Sequence record: MH051913
DNA: 64,000 bases
Direction: 5' to 3' (one strand)
Origin: Enterobacteria phage vB_EcoM_IME281
Shown: positions 1-9,780 of the stretch, piece after piece
Layout: each line of letters opens with the position of its first letter
Numbering within the stretch: the stretch's first letter is position 1
Made by a program: the position numbers and the translations under genes
The notes under the pieces: generated by a model
What the model was told of the DNA's origin: nothing
Databases searched by the model: none
Seen by the model: the letters and a program-made list of their open reading frames with translations, nothing else

Positions 1-471
1 TGGGCCTTCGTATTGAGGATAACGTTTTTCTGTATCGCCTTTATCATACCAAGTATACGGATTTTCCGGTGTGTTGACAAGATTCCAGAATTTCTCGCCT
101 TTTTCGTTTACATGGTAAAGGACCTGGTTTCCACCAGCAGTAGAATATCTTTGGATGGCTGCTTGGTAGGCGGCTTCTTGGCCGGTAATCCATCCATAAT
201 ACGGGTCGTATATATTATTACACATCAGTAGAACCCAATATAATTGGACATTGCCATAAAGAAGATGGGCTAATTCTTCCGGACGCGGGGCTCCATTGAT
301 ATAATAAGTTTTTAGTGTATAATTTTTAGCCACTCTATCAAAATATTCTTTATAATTTCTAAATATATCAGTCATCGGCACGCTCAATACATCGGCATTT
401 GTTAATGAGCCAGATTCTGGCTTGACTGTTTTTGATTCGTAATCGATAGGATCGAAAAATGAGAAGAGCAT
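1..471 (-). CDS. 53: baseplate wedge protein gp53-like (partial; runs off window start)
   Basis: Minus-strand frame open from ATG (complement of 469-471) to position 1, translated by hand with no stop; GGAGG 4 nt upstream; minus-strand TATAAATA at 499-506; synteny with gp4/gp2/gp3/gp1. Not in ORF track (no stop in window). Confidence 0.45.
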   Translation of the reverse strand, partial: MLFSFFDPIDYESKTVKPESGSLTNADVLSVPMTDIFRNYKEYFDRVAKNYTLKTYYINGAPRPEELAHLLYGNVQLYWVLLMCNNIYDPYYGWITGQEAAYQAAIQRYSTAGGNQVLYHVNEKGEKFWNLVNTPENPYTWYDKGDTEKRYPQYEGP

Positions 472-483
472 AGGGCCTCCGAG

Positions 484-491
484 TATAAATA
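484..491 (+). promoter_or_regulatory. late promoter TATAAATA for gp4
   Basis: Exact consensus 27 nt upstream of ATG 518. Confidence 0.6.
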
Positions 492-498
492 ATATTAA

Positions 499-506
499 TA
501 TTTATA
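499..506 (-). promoter_or_regulatory. late promoter TATAAATA (minus strand) for gp53
   Basis: Plus-strand TATTTATA is the minus-strand consensus, 28 nt upstream of minus-strand ATG at 471. Confidence 0.55.
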
Positions 507-517
507 AGGAGGCAACT

Positions 518-967
518 ATGGCTTACTCAGGGAAATTTAAACCTACCAACTTACAAAAATATAAAGGTGACTGGAAGAAAATCCAATATCGTTCCTCATG
601 GGAAGCATGGCTCATGCGTTGGCTTGACAATCATCCTAACGTAGTCCAATGGAACTCTGAAGAGGTAGTTATTCCGTATTTTAGTAATGCTGATGGAAAG
701 AAACGTCGATATTTTATGGACTTCTGGGTTAAGTTTGATAATGGCCAACAATTCTTTTTTGAAGTCAAACCTTTTAAAGAAACCCATCCTCCAGCGGCTC
801 CTGCTAAAATGACTACAGCCGCTAAAAAGAGATATATCAACGAACATTATACATGGAGTGTAAATAAAGATAAATGGAAAGCTGCTAAAGCTACAGCAGA
901 TAAAATGGGAATCAATTTTAGATTGATAACTGAAAACTCACTGAAAAAATTAGGATGGAAAGGATGA
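518..967 (+). CDS. 4: head completion protein gp4-like (149 aa)
   Basis: ORF with AAGGAGG RBS; TATAAATA late promoter at 484-491; size and position match T4 gp4 upstream of gp2. Confidence 0.5.
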   Translation: MAYSGKFKPTNLQKYKGDWKKIQYRSSWEAWLMRWLDNHPNVVQWNSEEVVIPYFSNADGKKRRYFMDFWVKFDNGQQFFFEVKPFKETHPPAAPAKMTTAAKKRYINEHYTWSVNKDKWKAAKATADKMGINFRLITENSLKKLGWKG

Positions 968-1791
968 GTATATTTTCCTACATCAATGAGGCCACTGAAA
1001 CCACAAAAGGTTCCAAGCCTACTCGTTCAGAGCAACAATGGATAGCTTTAGGTGTTGAATATGCCAAAGCTAAGGCCAAAGGTGTCTCGGCTAAGAAATT
1101 CGCTGAAGATAAAGGCATTAAGTATTCTAGCTTTACATCTGCGATGTCTCGATACTCGAGTCGAATTAAAACTGCTGTACAGGTCGAAAAACTCCAGAAG
1201 AAACCTGGCAATAAATTAACCAAAGCTGAACGTCAATTAATTTTGGTTAATAGTTTTAGAAAGAGTATTCGTGATAAGATTGCTAACGAAGGCGCTGCTG
1301 TAAACAATAAATCAGCTAAATGGTTTACAGAAACATTAAAGAAAGGAATTCGTGGACACCAGGTATCTAAACCATCTCCTGGTAAGCTTTATGCTTATAT
1401 CTATGACGCCAAACATAAGGATACCCTACCATACTGGGACAAATATCCATTAATCATTTATCTTGGGTTAGGTAAGCATAATCTGATGTACGGGTTGAAC
1501 TTACACTATATTCCACCTAAAGCACGTCAACAATTTCTAGAAGAATTGCTGAAGCAATACGCGAGTACGCCTACCATTACGAACTCGACTAAATTAAAAA
1601 TCGATTGGAGTAAGGTAAAAGGATTCGCTGGCACTGACGTGATGATTAAAGCTTATATCCCTGGAAATATCAAAGGACCTTTAGTAGAGATAAAACCTTC
1701 TGATTGGGCTAATGTCGTAATGATGCCTCTCCAGCAGTTCATGTCTAAAGGTAAGCGTTACTCAGCTCAGACAGTATGGAAGAACGCATAA
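955..1791 (+). CDS. 2: DNA end protector protein gp2-like (278 aa; start may be ATG at 964)
   Basis: ORF size (T4 gp2 274 aa) and synteny gp4-gp2-gp3-gp1; overlaps gp4 stop. Confidence 0.5.
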   Translation: MERMSIFSYINEATETTKGSKPTRSEQQWIALGVEYAKAKAKGVSAKKFAEDKGIKYSSFTSAMSRYSSRIKTAVQVEKLQKKPGNKLTKAERQLILVNSFRKSIRDKIANEGAAVNNKSAKWFTETLKKGIRGHQVSKPSPGKLYAYIYDAKHKDTLPYWDKYPLIIYLGLGKHNLMYGLNLHYIPPKARQQFLEELLKQYASTPTITNSTKLKIDWSKVKGFAGTDVMIKAYIPGNIKGPLVEIKPSDWANVVMMPLQQFMSKGKRYSAQTVWKNA

Positions 1792-1939
1792 TAATCTATT
1801 ATCCCAGCCAGTTATTGAATGGAACAGACCTAGGACCATTATACACTGGCTAGGACTTAAGCAATATAGGAATCCTATGAACGGTTTATTTAACCAAACT
1901 AACACTACCAACTTTATCTTAGAGGTTAGTGACTCAGGA

Positions 1940-2467
1940 ATGACGCAGGCATTCAAATTGAACGTACAAGATGTAACACTACCGGGCATCCATATTCCGG
2001 TCTCAGACGTCCCAGGATCGACCCAAGGTATAAACCGTGCTAAACTGCCAGGTTCTACTGTAGAATTCGACCCTTTGATTGTGAACTTTCTTGTAGACCG
2101 CGAGTTGAAATCATGGCTGGACGTTTATAAATGGATGCTATCATTAAACAACTATGTAACACATGAATCTGAAGCCTGGCATCCTAAAGGTCAGCCTGAG
2201 GCTATCACCCTCCACATTCTTGATAACAACAAACAGAAAATCGTAATGAGCATTCATTACTACGGTGGTTGGCCATCCGACCTTTCCGAGATTCAGTACT
2301 CTTATAAAGAAGATTCCGACCCTGCGATAATCGCTACAGCAACATTCAACTTCAAATCGTTTGCTGTAGAAATAGATGGTACAATAGTTACAGGTCGTCC
2401 ACAAATTGATTCGTATGCCGAACAACGTGTGGCTCGTATGTCTATGCATCCATCTATGAGAAAATAA
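1940..2467 (+). CDS. 3: tail completion/sheath stabiliser gp3-like (175 aa)
   Basis: Internal ATG (M22 of track ORF 1877) gives T4 gp3 size (176 aa); synteny upstream of gene 1; start uncertain (1877 alternative). Confidence 0.4.
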   Translation: MTQAFKLNVQDVTLPGIHIPVSDVPGSTQGINRAKLPGSTVEFDPLIVNFLVDRELKSWLDVYKWMLSLNNYVTHESEAWHPKGQPEAITLHILDNNKQKIVMSIHYYGGWPSDLSEIQYSYKEDSDPAIIATATFNFKSFAVEIDGTIVTGRPQIDSYAEQRVARMSMHPSMRK

Positions 2468-3220
2468 TGAAACTAATATCAATTGTAGGAATCAAACGTA
2501 GCGGTAAGGATACCGTTGCTAACTATGTAATTGAGAATATGGATTCCGTAAAATTCCAACTCGCTGGTCCTATTAAAAAGTATCTGGCTGAAGCTTATGA
2601 ATACATATCTGATGACCCTGTATTCGACCGTAGCTATATGCCTAAACTTGATTTTAACTGTTTTGAAGGTATCGGTTACGACCGTGAAGAAATCATTCCT
2701 TTAAAACCATATGATGTGGTTGATATTTTTGAAAATGCTATTGTTAAGCTGAATAATATCCTTCCTATTCCCGGAATTGATGTTCGTACCGCATATCATT
2801 ATGGTCTTACCCCGGTCCAATATCTGTCTGAAGAAACAAAAGACCAGCTATTTGAAGTAATAAATAAAAATAACAATTGGTCAGTACGTCGTCTCATGCA
2901 GACCCTTGGGACTGATATTATTGTTAACCAATTTGATAAGATGTATTGGGTTAAGTTGTTCGCTTTAGACTATTTTGATAAAATATACTCTGATGCGAAA
3001 TACTATGTCGTACCTGATGTTCGTCAAACACATGAAATTGATTCGCTCAGAGCGATGGGTGCTACGATTATTCATGTAGTTCGCGCTGAAACCGGTCAAG
3101 TACAAGACTCGCACATCACTGAAGCGGGTCTACCAATTTTACCTGGTGACGTTGTTGTTGAAAATAACGGCACTCTTTCTGAACTATACACTACTATTGA
3201 TAAATTATTAGGAAATAAAA

Positions 3221-3228
<8 letters not shown>
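2467..3228 (+). CDS. 1: deoxynucleoside monophosphate kinase gp1
   Basis: P-loop GIKRSGKDT near N-terminus; strong similarity to recalled T4 gp1 (QLAGPIK, WSVRRLMQ, MYWVKLFALDY, ATIIHVVR). Confidence 0.85.
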
Positions 3229-4112
<884 letters not shown>

Positions 4113-4124
4113 TTTAAAAAAGGT

Positions 4125-4153
4125 GTTTACAAGGTCTATAGACATGATACTAT
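4125..4153 (+). promoter_or_regulatory. early promoter/stem-loop cassette (PeSL-like)
   Basis: GTTTAC, 17-nt spacer, TACTAT; conserved core GATACTATAGGCCTATCAA; palindrome GTCTATAGAC in spacer. Confidence 0.6.
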
Positions 4154-4190
4154 AGGCCTATCAAACCAAACCAACCACATGGAAATCAAA

Positions 4191-4415
4191 ATGAAAACTT
4201 ATCAAGAATTTATTACAGAAGCTAAAAAACACGAAGACCAACTGCCGGTTGTTACAAAAACCTTTGACGGTACATTGGCCGATTTTAAAAAAGTCCCTAG
4301 TGATAGGCTCGCTAAATTGACCGGGAGTATCGGTGAAAAAGATGGCAAGGTCACGTTTTCTGCTCAAGGTACAGCCAATCTTAAAAAACTTTTGAAAGCC
4401 GCTGGCGCAGAATAA
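4191..4415 (+). CDS. internal-protein-like, CTS family (74 aa)
   Basis: MKTYQEFITE|A N-terminus; preceded by early promoter cassette 4125-4153. Confidence 0.6.
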   Translation: MKTYQEFITEAKKHEDQLPVVTKTFDGTLADFKKVPSDRLAKLTGSIGEKDGKVTFSAQGTANLKKLLKAAGAE

Positions 4416-4416
4416 A

Positions 4417-4689
4417 ATGAAAACTTATCAAGAATTTATCGCTGAATCTATTCTTAATGAGGAAGTAAAAATTAACAAATCTGTTAAGACTATGATTGAT
4501 GATATAAATCATCTCTATAACATTGATTTGACTAATCATGTAACTTTAGGCAATAAGCGAAACTTTTTTGTATTTGATACTTCAGAACTTGACCAGAATC
4601 AAATTAACAATATTGAACGTTTTGCTAATGAAAAAGGGTTGCGCCACGAGACGGCTGGTTATAAAAAGTATGCAATTTATTTAAAATAA
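4417..4689 (+). CDS. internal-protein-like, CTS family (90 aa)
   Basis: MKTYQEFIAE|S N-terminus; tandem with two other CTS genes. Confidence 0.6.
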   Translation: MKTYQEFIAESILNEEVKINKSVKTMIDDINHLYNIDLTNHVTLGNKRNFFVFDTSELDQNQINNIERFANEKGLRHETAGYKKYAIYLK

Positions 4690-4691
4690 TT

Positions 4692-4721
4692 GTTTACAAT
4701 GGGCTTTAGTGATGATACTAT
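4692..4721 (+). promoter_or_regulatory. early promoter/stem-loop cassette
   Basis: GTTTAC, 18-nt spacer, TACTAT; GGGCT/AGCCC inverted repeat; conserved leader GAGTGATTGGAGAATAAAATG. Confidence 0.6.
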
Positions 4722-4757
4722 AGCCCTATCAAAACAAATGAGTGATTGGAGAATAAA

Positions 4758-4943
4758 ATGAAACGTTGTGAATTAATTAGAAATGTTACTGCACTGACCG
4801 CCGTTACTGCTTTTGGCTTTAGTATGTTTGCAGGATTCATGTTGGATTTGCTTACAACTTCCGAGAATACAATCTCTTTAGTAGTGGCATTCTTAATTGG
4901 TTCAATCTCTTTCGTTATGGATAAAATCTCTAAAGGTGAATAA
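4758..4943 (+). CDS. small membrane protein (61 aa)
   Basis: Hydrophobic helices; ATG after GGAG in conserved cassette leader (track used TTG at 4746). Confidence 0.5.
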   Translation: MKRCELIRNVTALTAVTAFGFSMFAGFMLDLLTTSENTISLVVAFLIGSISFVMDKISKGE

Positions 4944-5344
4944 TGAACGTTGAATATTATGTATATGCGGATTACGAAAATAATCCGTCTAAAGATGAAG
5001 ATAACCGTTTAGGTGTAGATGCTTTTGAATCCCCTGCAGCGGCATGGCAATGGGTTGAAAGAACTGATATTCCTTACCGTTATATTGAAGTTGTCGACCA
5101 CGCAGGAAACAAGTATCCTAAGGAAGCATATGTTCCTTCCGGAAAGGTAAATTTCCTTTTGTTTGCGGGTGATAATTATTATCCACGCGGCGGGTATACT
5201 GATTTAATCGCTAAAGCCTTCTCTGAAGATGAACTGCGCGATATCATTAAAGAAAACGAGAATAAGCCTCTTTACGGTTCTAATCGTTTTGGCTGGTGGC
5301 AGATTGTTAATGCCAATACCCACACTATTGTAGACGAGGGTTAA
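4943..5344 (+). CDS. hypothetical protein (133 aa)
   Basis: ORF track; ATGA stop/start coupling; no motif recognised. Confidence 0.5.
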   Translation: MNVEYYVYADYENNPSKDEDNRLGVDAFESPAAAWQWVERTDIPYRYIEVVDHAGNKYPKEAYVPSGKVNFLLFAGDNYYPRGGYTDLIAKAFSEDELRDIIKENENKPLYGSNRFGWWQIVNANTHTIVDEG

Positions 5345-5635
5345 ATGTTATACGTTAAGGTTACTAATCCAGAGAATGGCTATAAATCCGATCAGGTTGC
5401 AGCTGAGTTGTTGATTCGAAATTACGGCAAAGATGCTGTGCTTGATGTTCAACAGGTTAATATTGGCCGTAGTTCAAGCGATGTTAAACTCAAAGTTAAC
5501 AGCCAACGCTATAATTCTGTTAACTTTACTTTTTATACGGCAAATGAAAATGGGTTGGTCGAATATGACATCTTTAAAAATCCTTTGAAAATTGCTTCTA
5601 TTAAACTTGATTATATTAATATGTGGCCACAATGA
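5345..5635 (+). CDS. hypothetical protein (96 aa)
   Basis: ORF track; contiguous array. Confidence 0.5.
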   Translation: MLYVKVTNPENGYKSDQVAAELLIRNYGKDAVLDVQQVNIGRSSSDVKLKVNSQRYNSVNFTFYTANENGLVEYDIFKNPLKIASIKLDYINMWPQ

Positions 5636-6108
5636 ATATTAAATTCGGACAAATTATCCCTAAAGGTTATGCAATTGAAATTGAAACCTGGGAAAATGAT
5701 GGCGATAACTATAAAACCCAGACTGTATTTGGCGTAGAAGAACATGAAATCCAACAGTACAAATATATCCTAGAACTTTTCCATGGTTCTCATTGCAACA
5801 ACCCGGATAAATGTGGTAATTCGGAATGGGACGTAGTTAAGCATCTGGTTATTGCCCACATTGAATCGGGTGTAAAATCAGGCCAGTTGACCCCTGAATT
5901 TTTAGATAAGGCCCTCGGTATCCAAGACTTAGAAGCCTTGCTGAATGACGACGAGGAAGAATACTACTTGAATGAAGCCCTTACTGAGCTCCTTGGTATG
6001 GCTTGTGAATATGATGGTGATTTCATCCGTGTAATTTCTTACGTTAAGCTGTATATTATTGAAGAAGAAATTAAAATCCCTGATGTGAAAGCACTTGATA
6101 TGCTTTAA
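5632..6108 (+). CDS. hypothetical acidic protein (158 aa)
   Basis: First ATG in track ORF 5623 (GTG); overlaps upstream stop; D/E-rich C-terminal half. Confidence 0.5.
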   Translation: MNIKFGQIIPKGYAIEIETWENDGDNYKTQTVFGVEEHEIQQYKYILELFHGSHCNNPDKCGNSEWDVVKHLVIAHIESGVKSGQLTPEFLDKALGIQDLEALLNDDEEEYYLNEALTELLGMACEYDGDFIRVISYVKLYIIEEEIKIPDVKALDML

Positions 6109-6237
6109 GAATTATGTGATATTATTACTCTATCATTAATACCCTCTATTACCAAAGGTTCTTCCCTCAAAGAGCCTTTCATAATAGACAAGGTCTATTA
6201 ATCAAACTTACTTTACTTAATTTTATTTGAGGTGTTT

Positions 6238-6504
6238 ATGTTAGTATTAAAATTAGCTTTTTATGACCCAGAAACCAAGACAACAACTACTAAACGTTGT
6301 TCTATTTCATATGAATGCCAATTTGGCGAAGTTGAGACCGACGGCGAGCCCTTTATGGCAATTGCCGATAGCACATTCGCTAAACCAAAAATAATTCCAC
6401 TAGTTAATGCTGCGGCTTATCTGGTTGCTCCTGAAGAAATGACTTATCATACAATTCAGCACATGGCTAAAGATGATAATGCTCCTGCTGGATTTGTAAT
6501 TTAA
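6238..6504 (+). CDS. hypothetical protein (88 aa)
   Basis: ATG preceded by GAGGTG; track start 6232 is GTG. Confidence 0.45.
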   Translation: MLVLKLAFYDPETKTTTTKRCSISYECQFGEVETDGEPFMAIADSTFAKPKIIPLVNAAAYLVAPEEMTYHTIQHMAKDDNAPAGFVI

Positions 6505-6509
6505 ATTAA

Positions 6510-6583
6510 GGCCCTGTAGCTGGACGGTCAAGCGAGCGACTCATAATCGCTGGATGGTGGTTCGATTCCACCCAGGGCCACCA
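6510..6583 (+). tRNA. tRNA with CAT anticodon (Met or Ile2/lysidine)
   Basis: Hand-folded cloverleaf: acceptor GGCCCTG/CAGGGCC, anticodon stem AGCGA/TCGCT with loop CTCATAA, T-arm GGTGG-TTCGATT-CCACC, encoded CCA. Confidence 0.8.
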
Positions 6584-6587
6584 ATTT

Positions 6588-6662
6588 GGATGTGTAGCTC
6601 AGCGGTAGAGCAGTTGACTGTTAATCAATTGGTCCATGGTTCGAATCCATGCATGTCCGCCA
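6588..6662 (+). tRNA. tRNA-Asn (GTT anticodon)
   Basis: Hand-folded: D-stem GCTC/GAGC, anticodon loop CTGTTAA, T-arm CATGG-TTCGAAT-CCATG, acceptor with two G-U pairs, encoded CCA. Confidence 0.7.
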
Positions 6663-6666
6663 AATA

Positions 6667-6742
6667 CGAGGCATAGCTCAGAAGGAAGAGCAACGGTCTT
6701 CTAAACCGTAGGTCGTAGGTTCGATCCCTACTGTCTCGACCA
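6667..6742 (+). tRNA. tRNA-Arg (TCT anticodon)
   Basis: Hand-folded: D-stem GCTC/GAGC, anticodon stem ACGGT/ACCGT with loop CTTCTAA, T-loop TTCGATC, encoded CCA; T4 also encodes tRNA-Arg(UCU). Confidence 0.8.
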
Positions 6743-6945
6743 AACAAGAAACCGGGTCGCTACCGGTAAGTCGTCGGACTGAAGCTCCCTGAATAAGACC
6801 CGACTTTAAGGCGTACATGAGTTGACCTCTTAAAGTCCCTTATCTCACAGCTGAAACGGCGCACCGAACACTTGCCTAGCAGGTGGAACCCCGACAAGGT
6901 TACCCTAGGTGAAAGGCCCTTCCGAAAGGTTGGGCCTTTTTTTGT
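6743..6945 (+). ncRNA. candidate stable small RNA downstream of the tRNA cluster
   Basis: About 200 nt with no ORF, several local hairpins, ends in GAAA-loop terminator; T4 carries stable RNAs C and D at the equivalent position. Confidence 0.35.
6915..6943 (+). terminator. rho-independent terminator
   Basis: GGCCCTTCC-GAAA-GGTTGGGCC hairpin followed by a T7 run. Confidence 0.7.
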
Positions 6946-6952
6946 ATAAATA
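6945..6952 (+). promoter_or_regulatory. late promoter TATAAATA
   Basis: Exact T4 late promoter consensus 27 nt upstream of ATG 6979. Confidence 0.6.
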
Positions 6953-6978
6953 TACAGTAAACTAACTTAGGAAATAAT

Positions 6979-7533
6979 ATGAAACTTTTAAAATATTTGA
7001 GTTGGATTCTGTTGGTCCCACTAGATTTTATCTCTATGGTTCTAGCCGTTATCCTTGCGCCTTTTGTGGTTCCTTTTCATAATAAAAAGACTGGTAAATT
7101 GCCATACGGTTTTGATTGGATGATGACATACGATAATCCAATTGACGGCGATAAAGGTCATATTAAACGTTGGGCTAAAATCAGGAAAATGCCTGGTGGT
7201 GTTTATCTCCAGAGAGTAGCTTGGCTATGGCGAAATAAAGCTTATAACTTTGCTTATCATAAACTAGGCCGTGATTGTAGCTCGGAATTCCATTATCGTG
7301 GTAATCCTGACGTAGAATCAGGTTCTCCTGATAAAGCTCACCATGGTTGGTTGTGGATGTGGAATGATGACGCCTGGGGTGTATTTGCTTCAGTTCCTTA
7401 TCTTAAGGTCGGCGGAATCACATTTTACCTTCGCGTGTACTGTGGCTGGAAGCTTAAGAGTCTTTTGTCTCGTAAAATCCCTAAAGCTATGTTGGCCTTC
7501 CACGTGAACCCGTTCCGGTTCTACAAGAACTGA
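6979..7533 (+). CDS. Trp-rich protein with N-terminal transmembrane segment (184 aa), late-expressed
   Basis: Hydrophobic N-terminus; flanked on both sides by the same terminator/late-promoter module. Confidence 0.55.
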   Translation: MKLLKYLSWILLVPLDFISMVLAVILAPFVVPFHNKKTGKLPYGFDWMMTYDNPIDGDKGHIKRWAKIRKMPGGVYLQRVAWLWRNKAYNFAYHKLGRDCSSEFHYRGNPDVESGSPDKAHHGWLWMWNDDAWGVFASVPYLKVGGITFYLRVYCGWKLKSLLSRKIPKAMLAFHVNPFRFYKN

Positions 7534-7538
7534 TTTAC

Positions 7539-7565
7539 GGCCCTTCCGAAAGGTTGGGCCTTTTT
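7539..7565 (+). terminator. rho-independent terminator (copy of 6915-6943)
   Basis: Identical hairpin followed by T5 run. Confidence 0.7.
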
Positions 7566-7566
7566 G

Positions 7567-7574
7567 TATAAATA
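7567..7574 (+). promoter_or_regulatory. late promoter TATAAATA
   Basis: Exact consensus 29 nt upstream of ATG 7603. Confidence 0.6.
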
Positions 7575-7602
7575 GATAAGTTAATTAACACAGGAAACAA
7601 TA

Positions 7603-8220
7603 ATGAAAACTTACAATGAATTTTTGAACGAAAGCGTTCTGAATGAAGCCGGCGTGCGCATGACTAAAGATATGTGGCAAGCTGCTTATGATAAAATTTC
7701 CGGGACTAAAACCACTACCGAGTTCTTTAAAAACGTTTATGATATGTATGGTTTTGATACTAGTAGCCAGAAAGAATATTACAAAGCTTCCAAAGCTTTT
7801 AAAGATATCGTAGCCGGTGGCTCTACTAAGCCTGCTAAACCTGCTAAAGCTCCTGTTGCTAAACCTGCGGCTCAGCCCAAAGTTGCAGCACCGAAACCTA
7901 CACCTAAACCAGAACCTGTAAAAGAAGCTCCTAAATCTAAAATCAAGTTTGACACCAGCACTATAGTTAAAAAATATAACCAACTGGCTTCTTTAGTTTC
8001 TGAAATCGAATCTGAAACTAAACACCTTGTTCGTGAATTCAACGCTCTTCGTAACGGTCAACACATTAACAACCTGGATACCCCAGACCTGTATCGTCTC
8101 TATCTGACGGTTGAAGGCCTTAAGTATACCCAGCCTATGCGCGAAGAAATCAATAACAAACTTCGCCAAGCGGGCCGCATTGCTGGTGACGCAGCACAGT
8201 TCGAAAAGACTCGTAAATAA
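7603..8220 (+). CDS. internal-protein-like, CTS family, with Pro/Ala/Lys-rich linker (205 aa)
   Basis: MKTYNEFLNE|S N-terminus; PAKPAKAPVAKPAAQPKVAAPKPTPKPEP low-complexity linker; late promoter upstream. Confidence 0.6.
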   Translation: MKTYNEFLNESVLNEAGVRMTKDMWQAAYDKISGTKTTTEFFKNVYDMYGFDTSSQKEYYKASKAFKDIVAGGSTKPAKPAKAPVAKPAAQPKVAAPKPTPKPEPVKEAPKSKIKFDTSTIVKKYNQLASLVSEIESETKHLVREFNALRNGQHINNLDTPDLYRLYLTVEGLKYTQPMREEINNKLRQAGRIAGDAAQFEKTRK

Positions 8221-8225
8221 TGAAA

Positions 8226-8245
8226 GGAGACTTCGGTCTCCTTTT
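8226..8245 (+). terminator. rho-independent terminator
   Basis: GGAGAC-TTCG-GTCTCC hairpin plus T run. Confidence 0.65.
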
Positions 8246-8279
8246 AGGGGGTTTAATCTAAAAATAATTTCACAAAGTT

Positions 8280-8308
8280 GTTTACACCTCCTTTAAACAT
8301 GATACTAT
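8280..8308 (+). promoter_or_regulatory. early promoter/stem-loop cassette
   Basis: GTTTAC, 17 nt, TACTAT; core GATACTATAGACCTATCAAAACAACAGAGTGA. Confidence 0.6.
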
Positions 8309-8343
8309 AGACCTATCAAAACAACAGAGTGAAGGAGAGTAAA

Positions 8344-8607
8344 ATGGATAATTATGGTGAATTGTTTAATTTCTTTATGAAATGCGTTCCTGAAGAATTT
8401 GGTGCTACTGTTAACGATATTAAAGTTATCGGTCCTGAACACCCAGTGTATGAAACCTATGCAGTAATGGGTAATGAAGATGGACAGTGGTATACAATTA
8501 AAGTTGTGATTAGTATGTTCTCAGCTGAAGGCTACGCCAAATCGTCTACCAAAGTTTATCATGATAACGATTTTGATGCGGAAGAGTATTTCAATAATAT
8601 GAAATAA
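8344..8607 (+). CDS. hypothetical protein (87 aa)
   Basis: ATG after AAGGAGAG in cassette leader. Confidence 0.5.
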   Translation: MDNYGELFNFFMKCVPEEFGATVNDIKVIGPEHPVYETYAVMGNEDGQWYTIKVVISMFSAEGYAKSSTKVYHDNDFDAEEYFNNMK

Positions 8608-8609
8608 TT

Positions 8610-8639
8610 GTTTACATGGGCTCATGATTAAGATATTAT
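8610..8639 (+). promoter_or_regulatory. early promoter with hairpin
   Basis: GTTTAC then TATTAT; GGGCTCAT/ATGAGCCC inverted repeat around the -10. Confidence 0.5.
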
Positions 8640-8664
8640 GAGCCCATAATTTGAGGAGAACATA

Positions 8665-9063
8665 ATGAATATCGAAGATAAAGAAATGCAAGAGTTGTAT
8701 AATTCATTAACGCCTGAACAACAAAAAGCTGCCAAAGAATTAGAGAAAGCTCTTGCTTTCAACTTGGCAAAAACTGATTGGGCTGCCATGTATGAAGAAA
8801 AAACTAGATTAGAACTTGAAGCTGCTGAGAGAAATGAATGGATTGTCGAAACCAAGATTTCTGATGGTGGTTGCTCTGTTGAGGTGTCAGCTGTAGTTAA
8901 AGGCACTCATGGCGAAAAATCATGGGGTTGGCATAATGAAGCAAACAAACATATTGTTCTCTCAACGTCAAAAACTTATGGCCAAAGGGCTCCTGTATCC
9001 AAAGCTATTATTAAGCAAGCTCAATGGGAAGCCAATGAAATCTGCCTCGCAAAAATGAAATAA
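8665..9063 (+). CDS. hypothetical protein (132 aa)
   Basis: GAGGAG RBS; promoter cassette 8610-8639 upstream. Confidence 0.5.
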   Translation: MNIEDKEMQELYNSLTPEQQKAAKELEKALAFNLAKTDWAAMYEEKTRLELEAAERNEWIVETKISDGGCSVEVSAVVKGTHGEKSWGWHNEANKHIVLSTSKTYGQRAPVSKAIIKQAQWEANEICLAKMK

Positions 9064-9066
9064 AAT

Positions 9067-9096
9067 GTTTACATCCCTCAGAGGACAGGGTATAAT
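9067..9096 (+). promoter_or_regulatory. early promoter with hairpin
   Basis: GTTTAC, 18 nt, TATAAT; GAGGACA/TGTCCTC inverted repeat. Confidence 0.55.
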
Positions 9097-9138
9097 GTCC
9101 TCATGGATTATAAATCTTAATCAACTGAAGGAAATACT

Positions 9139-9732
9139 ATGAACACTTTAAAGAAAATCGTTGAATTCATCCGTTCTAAACTGGGTACTGCAATGGCTCA
9201 GAACCTGTCAATCGAAGACCAATACACCAAAGCTGCTTCTACCCTGATTGATAAGATTACTGAACTCCAGACTGCTCATGTTAAGTCCGTGAATGAAGAA
9301 AAACGTATTCGTGCGTTGGCTAATGAAAAAGACCAGCTTGCTGCTTCTAAAGAACGTGAAATTCGTAAACTGATTGCCGAAGGCGCTGATGTCCAGGTAC
9401 ATGCTAAACTTGGCCTCCTTTATCGTCGTACAGCTACTCAGCTTCGTAAGAAAGCCGATGATTATATCGAAATGCGTAATGAAATTAAACTGAAGGTCAA
9501 GGAACTTGATGACTCTCGTCAAGAACTGGCTGTTAAGCTCGAGTACATCCGTGAAACTCGTAATATGGCTGCCCTTGGTATTGCTACTGCCGATGATGTT
9601 GTTGAAATCGCTGCACTGACTAAGATTGATATTGAAGATACCCTGCTGCGTGTAGAAACGTTTAAAGGCCCACAAGTTGGAATGGATACGACTTCTGCCG
9701 ATATCGACGACTACATTAATTCACTTAAGTAA
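9139..9732 (+). CDS. coiled-coil protein, possible PspA/IM30-like (197 aa)
   Basis: Amphipathic N-terminal helix then long heptad-like charged coiled coil resembling PspA organisation; weak inference. Confidence 0.3.
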   Translation: MNTLKKIVEFIRSKLGTAMAQNLSIEDQYTKAASTLIDKITELQTAHVKSVNEEKRIRALANEKDQLAASKEREIRKLIAEGADVQVHAKLGLLYRRTATQLRKKADDYIEMRNEIKLKVKELDDSRQELAVKLEYIRETRNMAALGIATADDVVEIAALTKIDIEDTLLRVETFKGPQVGMDTTSADIDDYINSLK

Positions 9733-9739
9733 TGTTACT

Positions 9740-9762
9740 GGGAGACTTCGGTCTCCCTATTT
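9740..9762 (+). terminator. hairpin / weak terminator
   Basis: GGGAGAC-TTCG-GTCTCCC hairpin followed by TATTT. Confidence 0.45.
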
Positions 9763-9780
9763 GGAGGAGAGGAGAATATT

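Noticed and set aside
13-231. Plus-strand ORF (72 aa) at the window start
   Set aside because: Lies antisense inside the open minus-strand gp53-like frame; no RBS; low-complexity hydrophobic translation typical of a reverse-frame artefact.
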